DNA of 53,223 nucleotides from a virus. Lineage: Duplodnaviria; Caudoviricetes. Below the pieces are notes generated by a model. It saw only the letters and a program-made list of their open reading frames with translations, did no database searches and was not told the origin of the DNA. The translations under genes and the position numbers were made by a program. This document shows, one piece after another, positions 14,542-24,648 of this stretch; position 1 is the stretch's first letter; each line of letters opens with the position of its first letter. The DNA is taken from IMG/VR virus record IMGVR_UViG_3300024952_000001, positions 1 to 53,223 of that record. One strand, written 5' to 3'.

Positions 14542-17500
14542 CCAGCTCGTTTAGTTTTTGCATTTGCTTGGTGATTCGCTCATCAACTGCTTTAACCTCT
14601 GATGCTGGTGCTCCTGCCTCTACCTTGCTTTCTTTAAGTTTGCGAAGGTTGCGTACAATCTTATCTGATTGCTTTGCGTGAGCGATTAACGCAGCCTCTG
14701 GGTTTTCTTTACGATATTCCTGAGTGCCAATATTATCAGCGCGGCGACCTTTAATCTCAGTTTCATGTTTACCTAGCATGCGCAAGTTATTGTAAAACTC
14801 TGAGCTTTGCGCAGCCTGCCCTTTAGCATCGCCATAGAAACGTCCTACAAGCGGTACTTTATAAGGCGGCAATTCTTCACCTGTCAACAAAGCTTCTGCT
14901 GTTGTGCCAGCTTTGCTTAACTCTCTACCCACGCCACCGAAAGCCTGCCCAACAAGGTAATCAATCGCATCGCCTGTTGGGCTAATATTTCCTGCTGTAT
15001 ATTCCGTGCCGCCGGTTAGTTTATTAATAAATCTTGCAATCTCAACATAGCCAGACCAAGTTTTATCTTTAGTCCGTGTAAAGCCTGCAGTTTGCGCGTT
15101 CTGGTTAATATCCTCGCGTGAAATCTGGTTATTCGTCCAATCCTTGTTTTGTGATAAATCATTAACCGGATCAAGTGCCGTTGGAGTAACAATACTCATA
15201 ATGCTACCGTTACCGCCAATCGGGTTAAACACCTCTGCAGACATACTTAATATATGTGTGAATCTGTCGTTAGTTTTCTCAAATCCAGACAAGGCCCATT
15301 CAGTTAAGATGCGGCCTAAATTTGGGATAGCGTTGTAGCCCAATGGCATTGGGATTGTTGCGTAACGTTTGTCGCCTAGCGGTATTATGATATTTCTATC
15401 ACGCACAAACTCTCGCGGCTCTTCATCACCAAAGCCAGCCAGCATTAATGCGACTGCCTGCATCGCACCAAACAGCAAGCCGCCTGCAACAATCTGTTGA
15501 CCACGTTTCCCTGTCAGGGTTTCAGCAATACGTGCGGTACCCTGAACGGATGCATTAAAGAAGGCATATAGCGCGCCTAAGTTCTGCCCCATGTTGCCCT
15601 TGCGGTTAAAGTTAACGCTAATATTTTTAGCTATACTTGCCGCCTGCTGCTTAGTCTGTCCGTTATCAACCGCCACTTTATAAACTGCCAGGCGCACAGA
15701 GTTCTCAAGCGTTTCGTTATAATCAGATAACCAATCAAAGATAGGTTTGATGGTCTTATCTTTAATCATTTCTTCTGGCACTGTTAGCAGTCCATTTGCA
15801 GAAACAACCTTACCTAATTTTGTTTTAGCCCACCAAGTCGGATCAATTGATTTTTGTATGGCTTCGCTACGTTCTGCGGCATTGGCAAACATATCACGGT
15901 AGCCTGTCTTGCCGCCTTCGCGCTGGAACTCTTCCCAGAGTGTGCGCATGGCTTGTGCTTGTTGCTTCTGGGATTGTGTGTAGCTAAAAAACTGTAAAGG
16001 TTTTTTAATTCCGTTGGCCGTTCTAGTGTCGGCATATATGCCGCGCAATGCAGGCGTAAGCAGCTTCAATACACCTTTCTGCTTACCTGCAATCGGCGTT
16101 GTACTTAAGTTCAGTAAAGCGCCTTGCACATCTCGAATGATATTTAATGTGCCAAATATAGGATTGTATTGCGTGTTTACACTGGCAAAGTATCTGGTGA
16201 TAGGCGCAACCCAATCGCGTAGCCAGCCCTCCATCTGATCTACGTCCAGATTTTTCATGCTAGCAGACAGCTGCATAGCACGCTCATTTGATTTATTAAA
16301 TACGACTGAGCGCTCTTCAACCTCACCACGCTTATTAAGAATGCGTGCAACAATTACATTAGGATGGTTTTTGTAAGTAGGGTCTGTGTACTCTTCAACA
16401 AGCCCACTCTCTTTACCAATCATTCTAATACGCGGTGGATTATCTACTTCCCAGAAATCTTCATTTGGATTTGTTTTTGCCAAACCAACTAGCGCAGTAG
16501 CAACGCGATTCTTTTCACCTCTAATAATGTACTGCTCACGTTGTTGAGCAATATTAGCGATAATATCCACGACCTGCTTGCTTGAACCCATCGCACGTTT
16601 GGCCGCGCCGCCTTTCACTGAAAATCCTTGACCTGTACCCATGCCAAAGCCTAAGTCCATTTCATCACGCTTTAATGGTACATAGCTTTTGTATGTATTA
16701 TTCCATGTGGAAATCGTACCGGCTGATTCAAGGCCGTAATCTACTAGCGTTTGGCGTGAGCCTGCATTTATTGCATAAACTCTAGCAGCTAATGCCTCAT
16801 AGTTTGATTTATCTTCTGGTGTTAGAGCTGATAGATAGTCTTTGGCATCCTGAGTTGTTATACCTGAGCCACCATCTTTCATATCTGGATTGACTTTTGC
16901 TATTTGAATATTGCGCTCTTCAGCGTGTCTATTCCATAGATATTGTTGCAAATCATCAATGCTGACTTTACGTGCGCGCATATCTTCAATTAGCGGATTA
17001 AGCTCATTGTCCAAGAAGTCTTTTACACGCTTAGCAGCTCTGCCGTGATACAACTCTTCTTGAAGGTAAGCATCCCAACGATCTGCTAGGTTAACGCCTG
17101 CAGCTTTAATGTTCTGCGTTACGCGCTTAAGGTCAATATTCTTGTCTTGAAGTGTGCGGCGTAGATTTTCAGACCAAGTGCTGTTTTCTAGCGCATCCCA
17201 TTTAGGTGTTAAGCTTGATTGTGATGGGTTAGACGTACTGCGTGAGTAGAATGTACCTTTTAAACTGTCTGCCAGTCCGCGATTCTGTAACTCACGCACA
17301 TACGAACCCAATACTTCACTCCTTCTTTCGCCGCTCTTTTCGCGTAGAAAGGTATTGAAGAGTGCTGCTCTTTTTGCCGTTCGCACTCCTGCGCGATAAG
17401 GATTGCTCTTTTTAGGTTCGTTATCCCCCAATGATCGTGTATTTCCATCATCGTTTCGTGATCCACTTCCGCTATCTGTTCTGGCGTAATAGTCGGAAAC

Positions 17501-20500
17501 AACTCGAGCAAAGTCCTTGTCGGTGAATTGCTCACCGTCAATGGTTGTGAAGCCTTGTGTTGTAGGGTTGAAGATAACATTTTTAAGTTCAGGTATATTG
17601 GTTATTGCACCGTGATAAACAGTATAAATCAGTTCTTTAATGTTGTGTGCATCGTCGCCTTTTTTCCAGTTAATTTTACGCACTGATTCGCCAAAGTCTT
17701 TTGTTTTTTCATCGAATGAATAATACAAATCTGGGTCAGTTTGCGCCACATGCGGCTCAATGTGTTTGGTGGTGCCGTACTTCAACGCGCTTGACAACAT
17801 ATTCTCTGCACGGCGGTAGAATGCCTTATCAGTTAATCCAAGCGGATCACCAATAAACACCTTGTCATTGTTATAGGCATAAGCCGCTGCAAGCGAGTAA
17901 ATTTCATTCCCTTGATTCTCGCCAGACTGTAATCTAGATACGTTTATCCAAACCTCATTGCCTTTTTCATAAATCACCGCAGATCTGTACTTATAATTTG
18001 GCATGAAAACTTCCCACGCTTTTTCGGCACCATCAAGCTTCGTTTGAGATTTACCAAATGGCTCAACACGGAATTGCGTGTTCATATCTTTGGCAATATC
18101 AGCAATATCTTTTGAATCGGAAGGTGCATTTTCAAATAAATCTTCGTTTCTAGCGGTGAACTCAAGCGCTGCGGTCAGGAATGTATCGCCGCTCTCTTTG
18201 GATGGCTCGCGGTTGTTGCGGCTGTAATACATGTTATTGCTTGAGATAAGGCTAACAACATCCTCGCCCTTAGCATAGCGTGATGCCATTGAAACAATAT
18301 CTCTCACATCAACATCCGTCATCTCAACATTGAATACCAGTTTTGCGAATGCCTTGATGCCGTCAATCAAGCGCTGCCATATTGACCTGACAACAGGTGA
18401 CATTTCAACATCTTGGTCGCCACGCTCAGCAATAAAGGCTAAGACTTCGCCAGCCATTGCGGTATCGTCAATATCTGGCTGTGATTCTTTAACATCATCC
18501 CAAATAGCGCGAATGTACTTATTGCCTGCTTTATTTAATGTTTTAACCTGCGTTAGCAATTTAGGGAATAAAGTTTTATCAACTTCATTCAGCATGCTCG
18601 CAACCGACATATGCCCGATTGCCTCATGCGCAAACACTTCTCTTAAGCGCTCCTCACTGTTAATGGCATTGGTATTAATCCATATTTCACCATTTGAATA
18701 CAGCCCTTCCACGTCATTGATTCTTACGCTCAATGCGGCCTGAATGTTTTGTTCGCTAGGCAGTTGAGTGACCAACTCTAAGCGCTCAATTAGTAGTTGT
18801 TCACTTCCGTTAATTTCCTCAATAAGATTTGAAGATATTGGCAATTTAGAATGATGGTCAACTAGCTTTACCTTGGGGATGCCTTTGTGTGACTTCTGCA
18901 GTTCATCGATAATCGACTGTGCTTTATCTTTGTCCATGCCTCGGTATGGGGTGGCATTGGCATTGCTACGGCTAAACATCACCACATTGCCGCTGTCGGT
19001 TTCTTTAGTCTGAATCTCAGAGAATAAGTTATCAAACGCCTCTGCTACTGGCGCAACCTCCTCATCCAACAAATAGGGGAATCTTGAACTATCACGGTTA
19101 AATGAATCCACGCGCACTACGTTTGCAAGGTAGTCATTGTCGTAACCATTCAACTGCATCTTATGGATAACGTAGTTTTCAAATGCTCTCGCGCCAAGCT
19201 CAATAATTCTTGACCAATAGCCATCTGTGCCCTCTTTTACACTGTCAATACTTCTGGCACGTTGCTTCATTGGTGAAGTGTTAAGTGCATCCACCAAGTC
19301 AGCAAATCTAACCTCAACCTCAGGCCTTACGCCTTGAGGATGTTTCGGATCGAGAATCCAATTCTCTTCGCTCCAATACTTGCTATTAGGGCTTTGTTTG
19401 CGATAACGCTCAAGCTCTGCTTTTGTGATTCCTTTATTGCCATAATTTTTATTTATGTATAAAGCTTCTGGCTTGTAAGTAATGTAGTTACCTTCACGGT
19501 AGGCTTGCTGGCTTTTGACCTCTGCCATTGACTTTTCACCACCACGCTTACGTGAAAAGTAATTATCCAAAGCATGGAACCACTCATGAGCTAAAGTACC
19601 AGCACCTTGCGTTTTTGTAAGATTGATAACTAAATTGCCTGGCTCAAAATGCGCGGCAGCACTACCCTTGCCTCGCGCACCGAATGAAAGCCCCAGTGTG
19701 CCTTCTAATGACATTGCTTTAGGCGGTACACCTACTATGTTAGCCAGGTCCATTAAAGCATCGTAGGCGGCGTTTAGCGCACCTTGTCGGTCATTATCTT
19801 TACCGCCCTGCTTTACCCATTCGCCAAATTGAATGCCCCTAAAGCCAAACGTAGTTGCGAACTCTTCTGAGCTTACATCTTTACCTTTGCGATAATCTTC
19901 ACCTGTGCGCGGTCTGTTTTCTTTACCTCGAACATCTGATTCTTTAACATTCAATCGGTCTTTTGTAGCATCCCATGCGGCAACTACTTCATCGTAGTTA
20001 TTGCGTAAAAATTCAAATGCCTCTTTTGAGCTATCAAAGGTCTTAAGCTTGGTGTAGTTTTTATCGCCTTTCTTGTTGATAAAGTAACCGCCTTTTGATG
20101 AGCCACGCACCTCAAACGCCATGCGCTTCTCTTGCTTTTCCTTGCCAAGTTTCTCGTTTACATTATCAATTACATCGGCAACACTTGAGGCTTCGTAGGT
20201 TGTAGTTACGCCATCAACATCAATACGCACCATCGGTTTAATTTGTTTTACACCATCAACGTAACTGTAAGCATTAGGGTACTCTTCAACCTTACCAATG
20301 CGCTTCCATGCGTCACGATCAATCGCCTCAAGCAATGCAACTTTAGATTTAAACTGGCCTAGTTGAGCATCTTTGAGCTTCTGCAACATTAGCTCTGGAT
20401 TTACTTCAAGCGCCTTGCTTACTATCCTGCCTATATCACGAAGTATTTTAACCTTGCCTACCCAAACTTTAAGCGCATAAGGCTTACGTGGTTTAGATGG

Positions 20501-23500
20501 GATTTCCTCTCTGGCTGTCCATGCAATTGCTGCGGCAGTTTTATTCTCGATTAAATTAACATCGGTAATGGGCCATATCTTACTAAGTGGCAATGAGGCT
20601 AGTTCATCATCTGAGTATTCCTTAGCCATTGCGCGCACCATATCTTTACGTGCACCTTCTAGCTTCTCGCCAAAGTCATCTACATTGCCTTTAGGTTTCT
20701 GTGTAGCTGGTTCGCCATAAGCATCAGCCACCTCATCAGCTGTGACTTTACCTTCGCGCACATCCTTGATAGTGTCGAGCTTCTCTTTGCCTCTAACGCC
20801 TGCGGCGGTGAGCGCTTCTGCGGCTTTGGCTACTTCGTTTTGAGGTTTTGTTTCAGATTTAGGCGCTGCAAACAAATCTTGCGCCCCTGCTGCGGCGGCC
20901 TGATCTGCTTCACTGTTTGAACCAGTTAGTGTGAATGTGTCTTGATTGTCATTTCCTGAATTGCGCTTAGCGTCTTTCGCACGCTCGGCATCAGCAACGG
21001 CTTGTTTGGCGGTAGTGTTGTCGCCTAGTAGGTCGGATTTATTATCTTTGCTGTCTGATAATAAAGATTTATCCTGCTCAGCATCCTTGATTGATGCGGT
21101 CTTATTGGCACTTTTGTTATCTACTTCCGCTTGCTGACTGGCGTTAGTTTCTGTTGCTGCTGTACCTCTTTCGCCGCTTCCAGTATCGCCACTCTCGCTG
21201 TCGGGCTTAAAGACCTGAACATCTGCAAACGCTTCTCTTTCGTTTGTTCCTGCAATTTGGAGTTCTGCATTTATTTCATCCTCATTAAAGTTTTTTGCAA
21301 AGTCATCTAAAACATCCTGAGCGGTTGCTTCAACCTCTTGATAGTATTGATTAGCTTTAACCTCTTCTTCTACCGCATACGGCAATACTGATTCACCGTT
21401 TCGGATTTTGTCCGCAAGGTAATCATACGCCTCTGTTGAATCAAAAGCATCATCATTAGCGCCGTTAGATTCAAGGCGCATGTTGTATGGTAGGTAATCG
21501 TCTAAATCACCTGATTCAATCAAGCCCTTGAGTGAACGTGTTGTATTTGATTTGAATACTTGGTTATAACCGCCAGGCGCAAAGCCTTTAACTTCACCGG
21601 TAACATCTCGTTTTTCAGTTAAGGCAATGCCGCCTAAGTCGCGCAGTGTTGCTAGTAGCGTTTTAGGTTTGGCTGGTTTACTTGTTTTTGGTTTTGATGC
21701 TTTGGCTGGTTGTTCAGAAGCTTCTACTGGTAAGGCTTCCGTAACCTTTCCGTTTCCAGATGTAATAGGCTTTGTTTTGAATAAGCGCTCAAACAACTCT
21801 GGGGCATCACGGCCCGCGTAACTTTCTGCACGCTCACGCATAGCATCAAGCACATCTGATTCTTTCCACCCTTGTTCTTTAGAGTAGGCAAGCGCGTTTC
21901 TGATTGTCACGAACTCTGGTGACCCAACAAAATCAGGCTTATCAATATCACGCATTTTTAGCGCAATTGATGAACCTAATGCTTGTGGTGATGTTTCATC
22001 AAAGTTATTAAATGCTTGTGAATATGCATCGATTTTATCTACATCAACACCTTTGAAAGCAGATGATTCGTTTTCGATTTCAGCAGTAGCGTTCTGTTCA
22101 AACCATTTATCAATGGATCTTTGGCTCCATGACTTTGCTTCATTTGCAAGCTTATCGCCTGCATACTTTCTTATAACGGCCAAATCCAAAGCTTTATTCT
22201 TTGCACGCCCCTCTTCTCTTGCTTGCTGTAGCTTATCGTAGCTCATCGTTGAGTAATCAACGTCATCAGACACCTTCACCTGTCCGCTTTTTTCGGACGG
22301 CTCAATTGTTGTAGCACCACTCTCAACGGTTGAACTTGGGAACTCTTTAACATCATTAAGCAACTGAGCAATAGGCGCATTCAAACGGATTACATCAACA
22401 TCGCCACCTTTGTTTAATTTAGATAGCCATTGATGATGGCCGTCTAATACATGGTTATCAGATGAAACCAAGATTGAACGGTCACCGCCTGCATACTTGC
22501 TTGCCTTCTTAACCTTGGCTTCTGAAAACTCTTGCTGCGTTGGTTTAAGTGATGATGCTGATACCGTTTCTTGAGTATGGTCCACGCCTCTAGCATTAAG
22601 AAAGTTAACCATCGCGCCACGGTGCTCTGCTTTCACTTGCGGCATTTCTGAGCGTGGAATGTTTAGCGTGCCAGATTCAGGACTAAATGCAGTCCACTCT
22701 TTGTTAATTTTCTCACCAACATGTACGCCTTTTTCTGTTTCATCGACACGTACCGCTGGTGTGTTTACGGTATCGACATTAGCAATGCCACGTAGCTTCA
22801 ACTCTTCATCAATCTGCGCCTTGACCTTATCATCAGTGGTCATGCTGCGCATCTTCGGCAAGAAGTCGTCTGTGGCTTGGGCGAATGGACGTGATACTGC
22901 ATCTTCGCCATTAAGTATAGCTATTGCATCGTTCCCTTGTATTCCATTTCCATTAAGTTGATCGCTTCCGCTGCCTTGTGCAGATGCTTCGGTAGAGTTA
23001 TCAATTGGTCCTGTATCGCTCCGTCCTGCAAGCTGATTAGGTAAATCTCCCAAGCTTCCTTGAACGTAATTACCTTCTTCTTGAGTGGGGTCTGCAACCA
23101 CATTGGTAACTCCATCATTCGGTAGGTCGCTGACATTTTCGGCCTCTAATAAATCTGCGGCATCAATTGCCTCGTTGTTTACAGGAATAGCAGGCGCAAC
23201 TACTGGCTGCGTTGCCAATGGATCAACTTGTTGTGCTATCTCTGCTGCGCGTGTGAGAGTGCCTAAATTGGCGCGGCGCTCAATCTCTGCATCAATCATT
23301 GGCACATCAGCAGGGGTTAAGGTTTGCGCTGTCTTGCGTAGATTTTGTAAGTTTTTATCTGGCAGCGTTTTGAACTTCTCTGCTTTTTGTTCTGATAGCT
23401 TTGCTTCTGCGGCATCATACTCGGCCTGCTTTTGTGCGGCCAGTGCATCATCGGCAAACTCACCGCCTTGTGAGATAGTTAGTAACTGTCCGTTACTTTC

Positions 23501-24589
23501 CTGTACAGGGGCGTTAGAGGCTGGTGCTAAATCTTCTTTGCCAGGCTCTTTATTCTTACCACTTAATAAAGCAGAAGCACCGCCACCCATTGCAGTGCCA
23601 GATAACAAGCCCATTGCCGCGGCTTCGTCCACGCCTTCTGTTAGTGGTTTATCAAGTGCAATGTTAGATAAAATTTGCTCTTGGATTGATTGCGGCATTT
23701 CCTCGAAAACACCCTCTGACATACCACCTAACACCAGTCGTTTAGCTAGTGACTTTTTAACCTCTTCGGTTACACCGCCAGCAATAACGGTATCAATATC
23801 GGCAATGCTTAGCTTCTGTGCAAGCTTGCCACCAAACACGCTAGTTAACGCAGTCCCCAAGCCTGATGCAACCGACAAGCCAGACTGTTTGCCAGTAAGC
23901 AATCCATCTTTAGTTTGCTGGCGCGTGCCTTCCGCTGCGGAACCTGCACTTATCACACCCTCACCAACTGCACCGGCAATCACTGGATTTGCGCCTAATG
24001 CAACTGCGCCACGGCCTACCACGCCGCCAGCGCCCATCAAAGGTGCTGATTGCGTGACAGCGGAAACGATACTTCTAGGGTTTTGAATGGCAGCAATAGA
24101 CTTATCTATAAATCCATCTGCATCAGACACAGCTTGATTAGCTGCTTTTTGTTCGTCAGAGAACTTTTCTGTTAAGAACTGCTTAGCCTCGTTTGGTTTA
24201 TAGCCAACCTCTTCTAGCGCCTTACCTACACGGCCACCAGTTGGAATGTCTGCTAACCCTACTACGGCTTCTGGAACCGAAATAGCGCCTTGCACTAAAT
24301 CGTTTGCACGATCAAGGCCGAATATACCTGTCTCAACTGTTTTTCTTAAAGCAGCTTTGCCTAAATCTTTAAGGCCAGTTAAGCCCTCTTTATAGACATT
24401 GCTTAACTTGTCGCTTGCGCTTGGCGTGCTAAAACTATCAAACTCAGAGCGTGCTTTTTCTAAATCTTCATCTGGAACATTGGGCTTTACAACAAATTCA
24501 AAGTATTCGTTTCGTGCCGCCTCTTTTTGCGATGCATTTAACTTCTGATACTCTGGGTTGTTGACAACATCATTCCATTTTTTTGCCAT
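14510..24589 (-). CDS. 3359-aa large polyvalent protein, probably an internal virion/ejection protein
   Basis: ParB-like VLDGHHQW; LPD5-like DFGEKLEGARKD; LPD1-like FGFRGIQFGEW...LAHEWFHALD; second zincin FAHEAIGH; LPD38-like C-terminus; last gene of the virion module. Confidence 0.85.
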   Translation of the reverse strand: MAKKWNDVVNNPEYQKLNASQKEAARNEYFEFVVKPNVPDEDLEKARSEFDSFSTPSASDKLSNVYKEGLTGLKDLGKAALRKTVETGIFGLDRANDLVQGAISVPEAVVGLADIPTGGRVGKALEEVGYKPNEAKQFLTEKFSDEQKAANQAVSDADGFIDKSIAAIQNPRSIVSAVTQSAPLMGAGGVVGRGAVALGANPVIAGAVGEGVISAGSAAEGTRQQTKDGLLTGKQSGLSVASGLGTALTSVFGGKLAQKLSIADIDTVIAGGVTEEVKKSLAKRLVLGGMSEGVFEEMPQSIQEQILSNIALDKPLTEGVDEAAAMGLLSGTAMGGGASALLSGKNKEPGKEDLAPASNAPVQESNGQLLTISQGGEFADDALAAQKQAEYDAAEAKLSEQKAEKFKTLPDKNLQNLRKTAQTLTPADVPMIDAEIERRANLGTLTRAAEIAQQVDPLATQPVVAPAIPVNNEAIDAADLLEAENVSDLPNDGVTNVVADPTQEEGNYVQGSLGDLPNQLAGRSDTGPIDNSTEASAQGSGSDQLNGNGIQGNDAIAILNGEDAVSRPFAQATDDFLPKMRSMTTDDKVKAQIDEELKLRGIANVDTVNTPAVRVDETEKGVHVGEKINKEWTAFSPESGTLNIPRSEMPQVKAEHRGAMVNFLNARGVDHTQETVSASSLKPTQQEFSEAKVKKASKYAGGDRSILVSSDNHVLDGHHQWLSKLNKGGDVDVIRLNAPIAQLLNDVKEFPSSTVESGATTIEPSEKSGQVKVSDDVDYSTMSYDKLQQAREEGRAKNKALDLAVIRKYAGDKLANEAKSWSQRSIDKWFEQNATAEIENESSAFKGVDVDKIDAYSQAFNNFDETSPQALGSSIALKMRDIDKPDFVGSPEFVTIRNALAYSKEQGWKESDVLDAMRERAESYAGRDAPELFERLFKTKPITSGNGKVTEALPVEASEQPAKASKPKTSKPAKPKTLLATLRDLGGIALTEKRDVTGEVKGFAPGGYNQVFKSNTTRSLKGLIESGDLDDYLPYNMRLESNGANDDAFDSTEAYDYLADKIRNGESVLPYAVEEEVKANQYYQEVEATAQDVLDDFAKNFNEDEINAELQIAGTNEREAFADVQVFKPDSESGDTGSGERGTAATETNASQQAEVDNKSANKTASIKDAEQDKSLLSDSKDNKSDLLGDNTTAKQAVADAERAKDAKRNSGNDNQDTFTLTGSNSEADQAAAAGAQDLFAAPKSETKPQNEVAKAAEALTAAGVRGKEKLDTIKDVREGKVTADEVADAYGEPATQKPKGNVDDFGEKLEGARKDMVRAMAKEYSDDELASLPLSKIWPITDVNLIENKTAAAIAWTAREEIPSKPRKPYALKVWVGKVKILRDIGRIVSKALEVNPELMLQKLKDAQLGQFKSKVALLEAIDRDAWKRIGKVEEYPNAYSYVDGVKQIKPMVRIDVDGVTTTYEASSVADVIDNVNEKLGKEKQEKRMAFEVRGSSKGGYFINKKGDKNYTKLKTFDSSKEAFEFLRNNYDEVVAAWDATKDRLNVKESDVRGKENRPRTGEDYRKGKDVSSEEFATTFGFRGIQFGEWVKQGGKDNDRQGALNAAYDALMDLANIVGVPPKAMSLEGTLGLSFGARGKGSAAAHFEPGNLVINLTKTQGAGTLAHEWFHALDNYFSRKRGGEKSMAEVKSQQAYREGNYITYKPEALYINKNYGNKGITKAELERYRKQSPNSKYWSEENWILDPKHPQGVRPEVEVRFADLVDALNTSPMKQRARSIDSVKEGTDGYWSRIIELGARAFENYVIHKMQLNGYDNDYLANVVRVDSFNRDSSRFPYLLDEEVAPVAEAFDNLFSEIQTKETDSGNVVMFSRSNANATPYRGMDKDKAQSIIDELQKSHKGIPKVKLVDHHSKLPISSNLIEEINGSEQLLIERLELVTQLPSEQNIQAALSVRINDVEGLYSNGEIWINTNAINSEERLREVFAHEAIGHMSVASMLNEVDKTLFPKLLTQVKTLNKAGNKYIRAIWDDVKESQPDIDDTAMAGEVLAFIAERGDQDVEMSPVVRSIWQRLIDGIKAFAKLVFNVEMTDVDVRDIVSMASRYAKGEDVVSLISSNNMYYSRNNREPSKESGDTFLTAALEFTARNEDLFENAPSDSKDIADIAKDMNTQFRVEPFGKSQTKLDGAEKAWEVFMPNYKYRSAVIYEKGNEVWINVSRLQSGENQGNEIYSLAAAYAYNNDKVFIGDPLGLTDKAFYRRAENMLSSALKYGTTKHIEPHVAQTDPDLYYSFDEKTKDFGESVRKINWKKGDDAHNIKELIYTVYHGAITNIPELKNVIFNPTTQGFTTIDGEQFTDKDFARVVSDYYARTDSGSGSRNDDGNTRSLGDNEPKKSNPYRAGVRTAKRAALFNTFLREKSGERRSEVLGSYVRELQNRGLADSLKGTFYSRSTSNPSQSSLTPKWDALENSTWSENLRRTLQDKNIDLKRVTQNIKAAGVNLADRWDAYLQEELYHGRAAKRVKDFLDNELNPLIEDMRARKVSIDDLQQYLWNRHAEERNIQIAKVNPDMKDGGSGITTQDAKDYLSALTPEDKSNYEALAARVYAINAGSRQTLVDYGLESAGTISTWNNTYKSYVPLKRDEMDLGFGMGTGQGFSVKGGAAKRAMGSSKQVVDIIANIAQQREQYIIRGEKNRVATALVGLAKTNPNEDFWEVDNPPRIRMIGKESGLVEEYTDPTYKNHPNVIVARILNKRGEVEERSVVFNKSNERAMQLSASMKNLDVDQMEGWLRDWVAPITRYFASVNTQYNPIFGTLNIIRDVQGALLNLSTTPIAGKQKGVLKLLTPALRGIYADTRTANGIKKPLQFFSYTQSQKQQAQAMRTLWEEFQREGGKTGYRDMFANAAERSEAIQKSIDPTWWAKTKLGKVVSANGLLTVPEEMIKDKTIKPIFDWLSDYNETLENSVRLAVYKVAVDNGQTKQQAASIAKNISVNFNRKGNMGQNLGALYAFFNASVQGTARIAETLTGKRGQQIVAGGLLFGAMQAVALMLAGFGDEEPREFVRDRNIIIPLGDKRYATIPMPLGYNAIPNLGRILTEWALSGFEKTNDRFTHILSMSAEVFNPIGGNGSIMSIVTPTALDPVNDLSQNKDWTNNQISREDINQNAQTAGFTRTKDKTWSGYVEIARFINKLTGGTEYTAGNISPTGDAIDYLVGQAFGGVGRELSKAGTTAEALLTGEELPPYKVPLVGRFYGDAKGQAAQSSEFYNNLRMLGKHETEIKGRRADNIGTQEYRKENPEAALIAHAKQSDKIVRNLRKLKESKVEAGAPASEVKAVDERITKQMQKLNELVRKKKEAVAQ
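21121..21270 (-). CDS. Candidate nested +1-frame gene (49 aa) inside the giant gene
   Basis: GAGG-N9-ATG; MQNSKLQEQTKEKRLQMFRSLSPTARVAILEAAKEVQQQQKLTPVSKRK; host frame is a disordered linker here. Confidence 0.4.
   Translation of the reverse strand: MQNSKLQEQTKEKRLQMFRSLSPTARVAILEAAKEVQQQQKLTPVSKRK
22921..23136 (-). CDS. Candidate nested +1-frame gene (71 aa) inside the giant gene
   Basis: AGAGG-N6-ATG; globular-looking LPMWLQTPLKKKVITFKEAWEIYL...LPKHLHKAAEAINLMEM; host frame is low-complexity. Confidence 0.5.
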   Translation of the reverse strand: MSATYRMMELPMWLQTPLKKKVITFKEAWEIYLISLQDGAIQDQLITLPKHLHKAAEAINLMEMEYKGTMQ

Positions 24590-24636
24590 GAGATACGATT
24601 CCAGTAGATTGATTTTCTGCTGAAATCGTACTCGTT

Positions 24637-24648
24637 ATAATTGCATTT
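24637..24648 (-). promoter_or_regulatory. AAATGCAATTAT motif, followed after 6 nt by TACGAT, upstream of the giant gene
   Basis: Identical 12-mer also at 39949 and 44062. Confidence 0.6.

Noticed and set aside
17260-17580. Third +1-frame ORF (106 aa) inside the giant gene
   Set aside because: No convincing SD and much of it overlaps folded-looking host sequence; likely a shadow ORF, though worth including in a frame-conservation test
23085-24086. 333-aa plus-strand ORF and other long antisense ORFs (13480, 40748, 18330)
   Set aside because: Ser/Ala/Pro-rich mirror translations of real minus-strand genes, with no RBS or motifs
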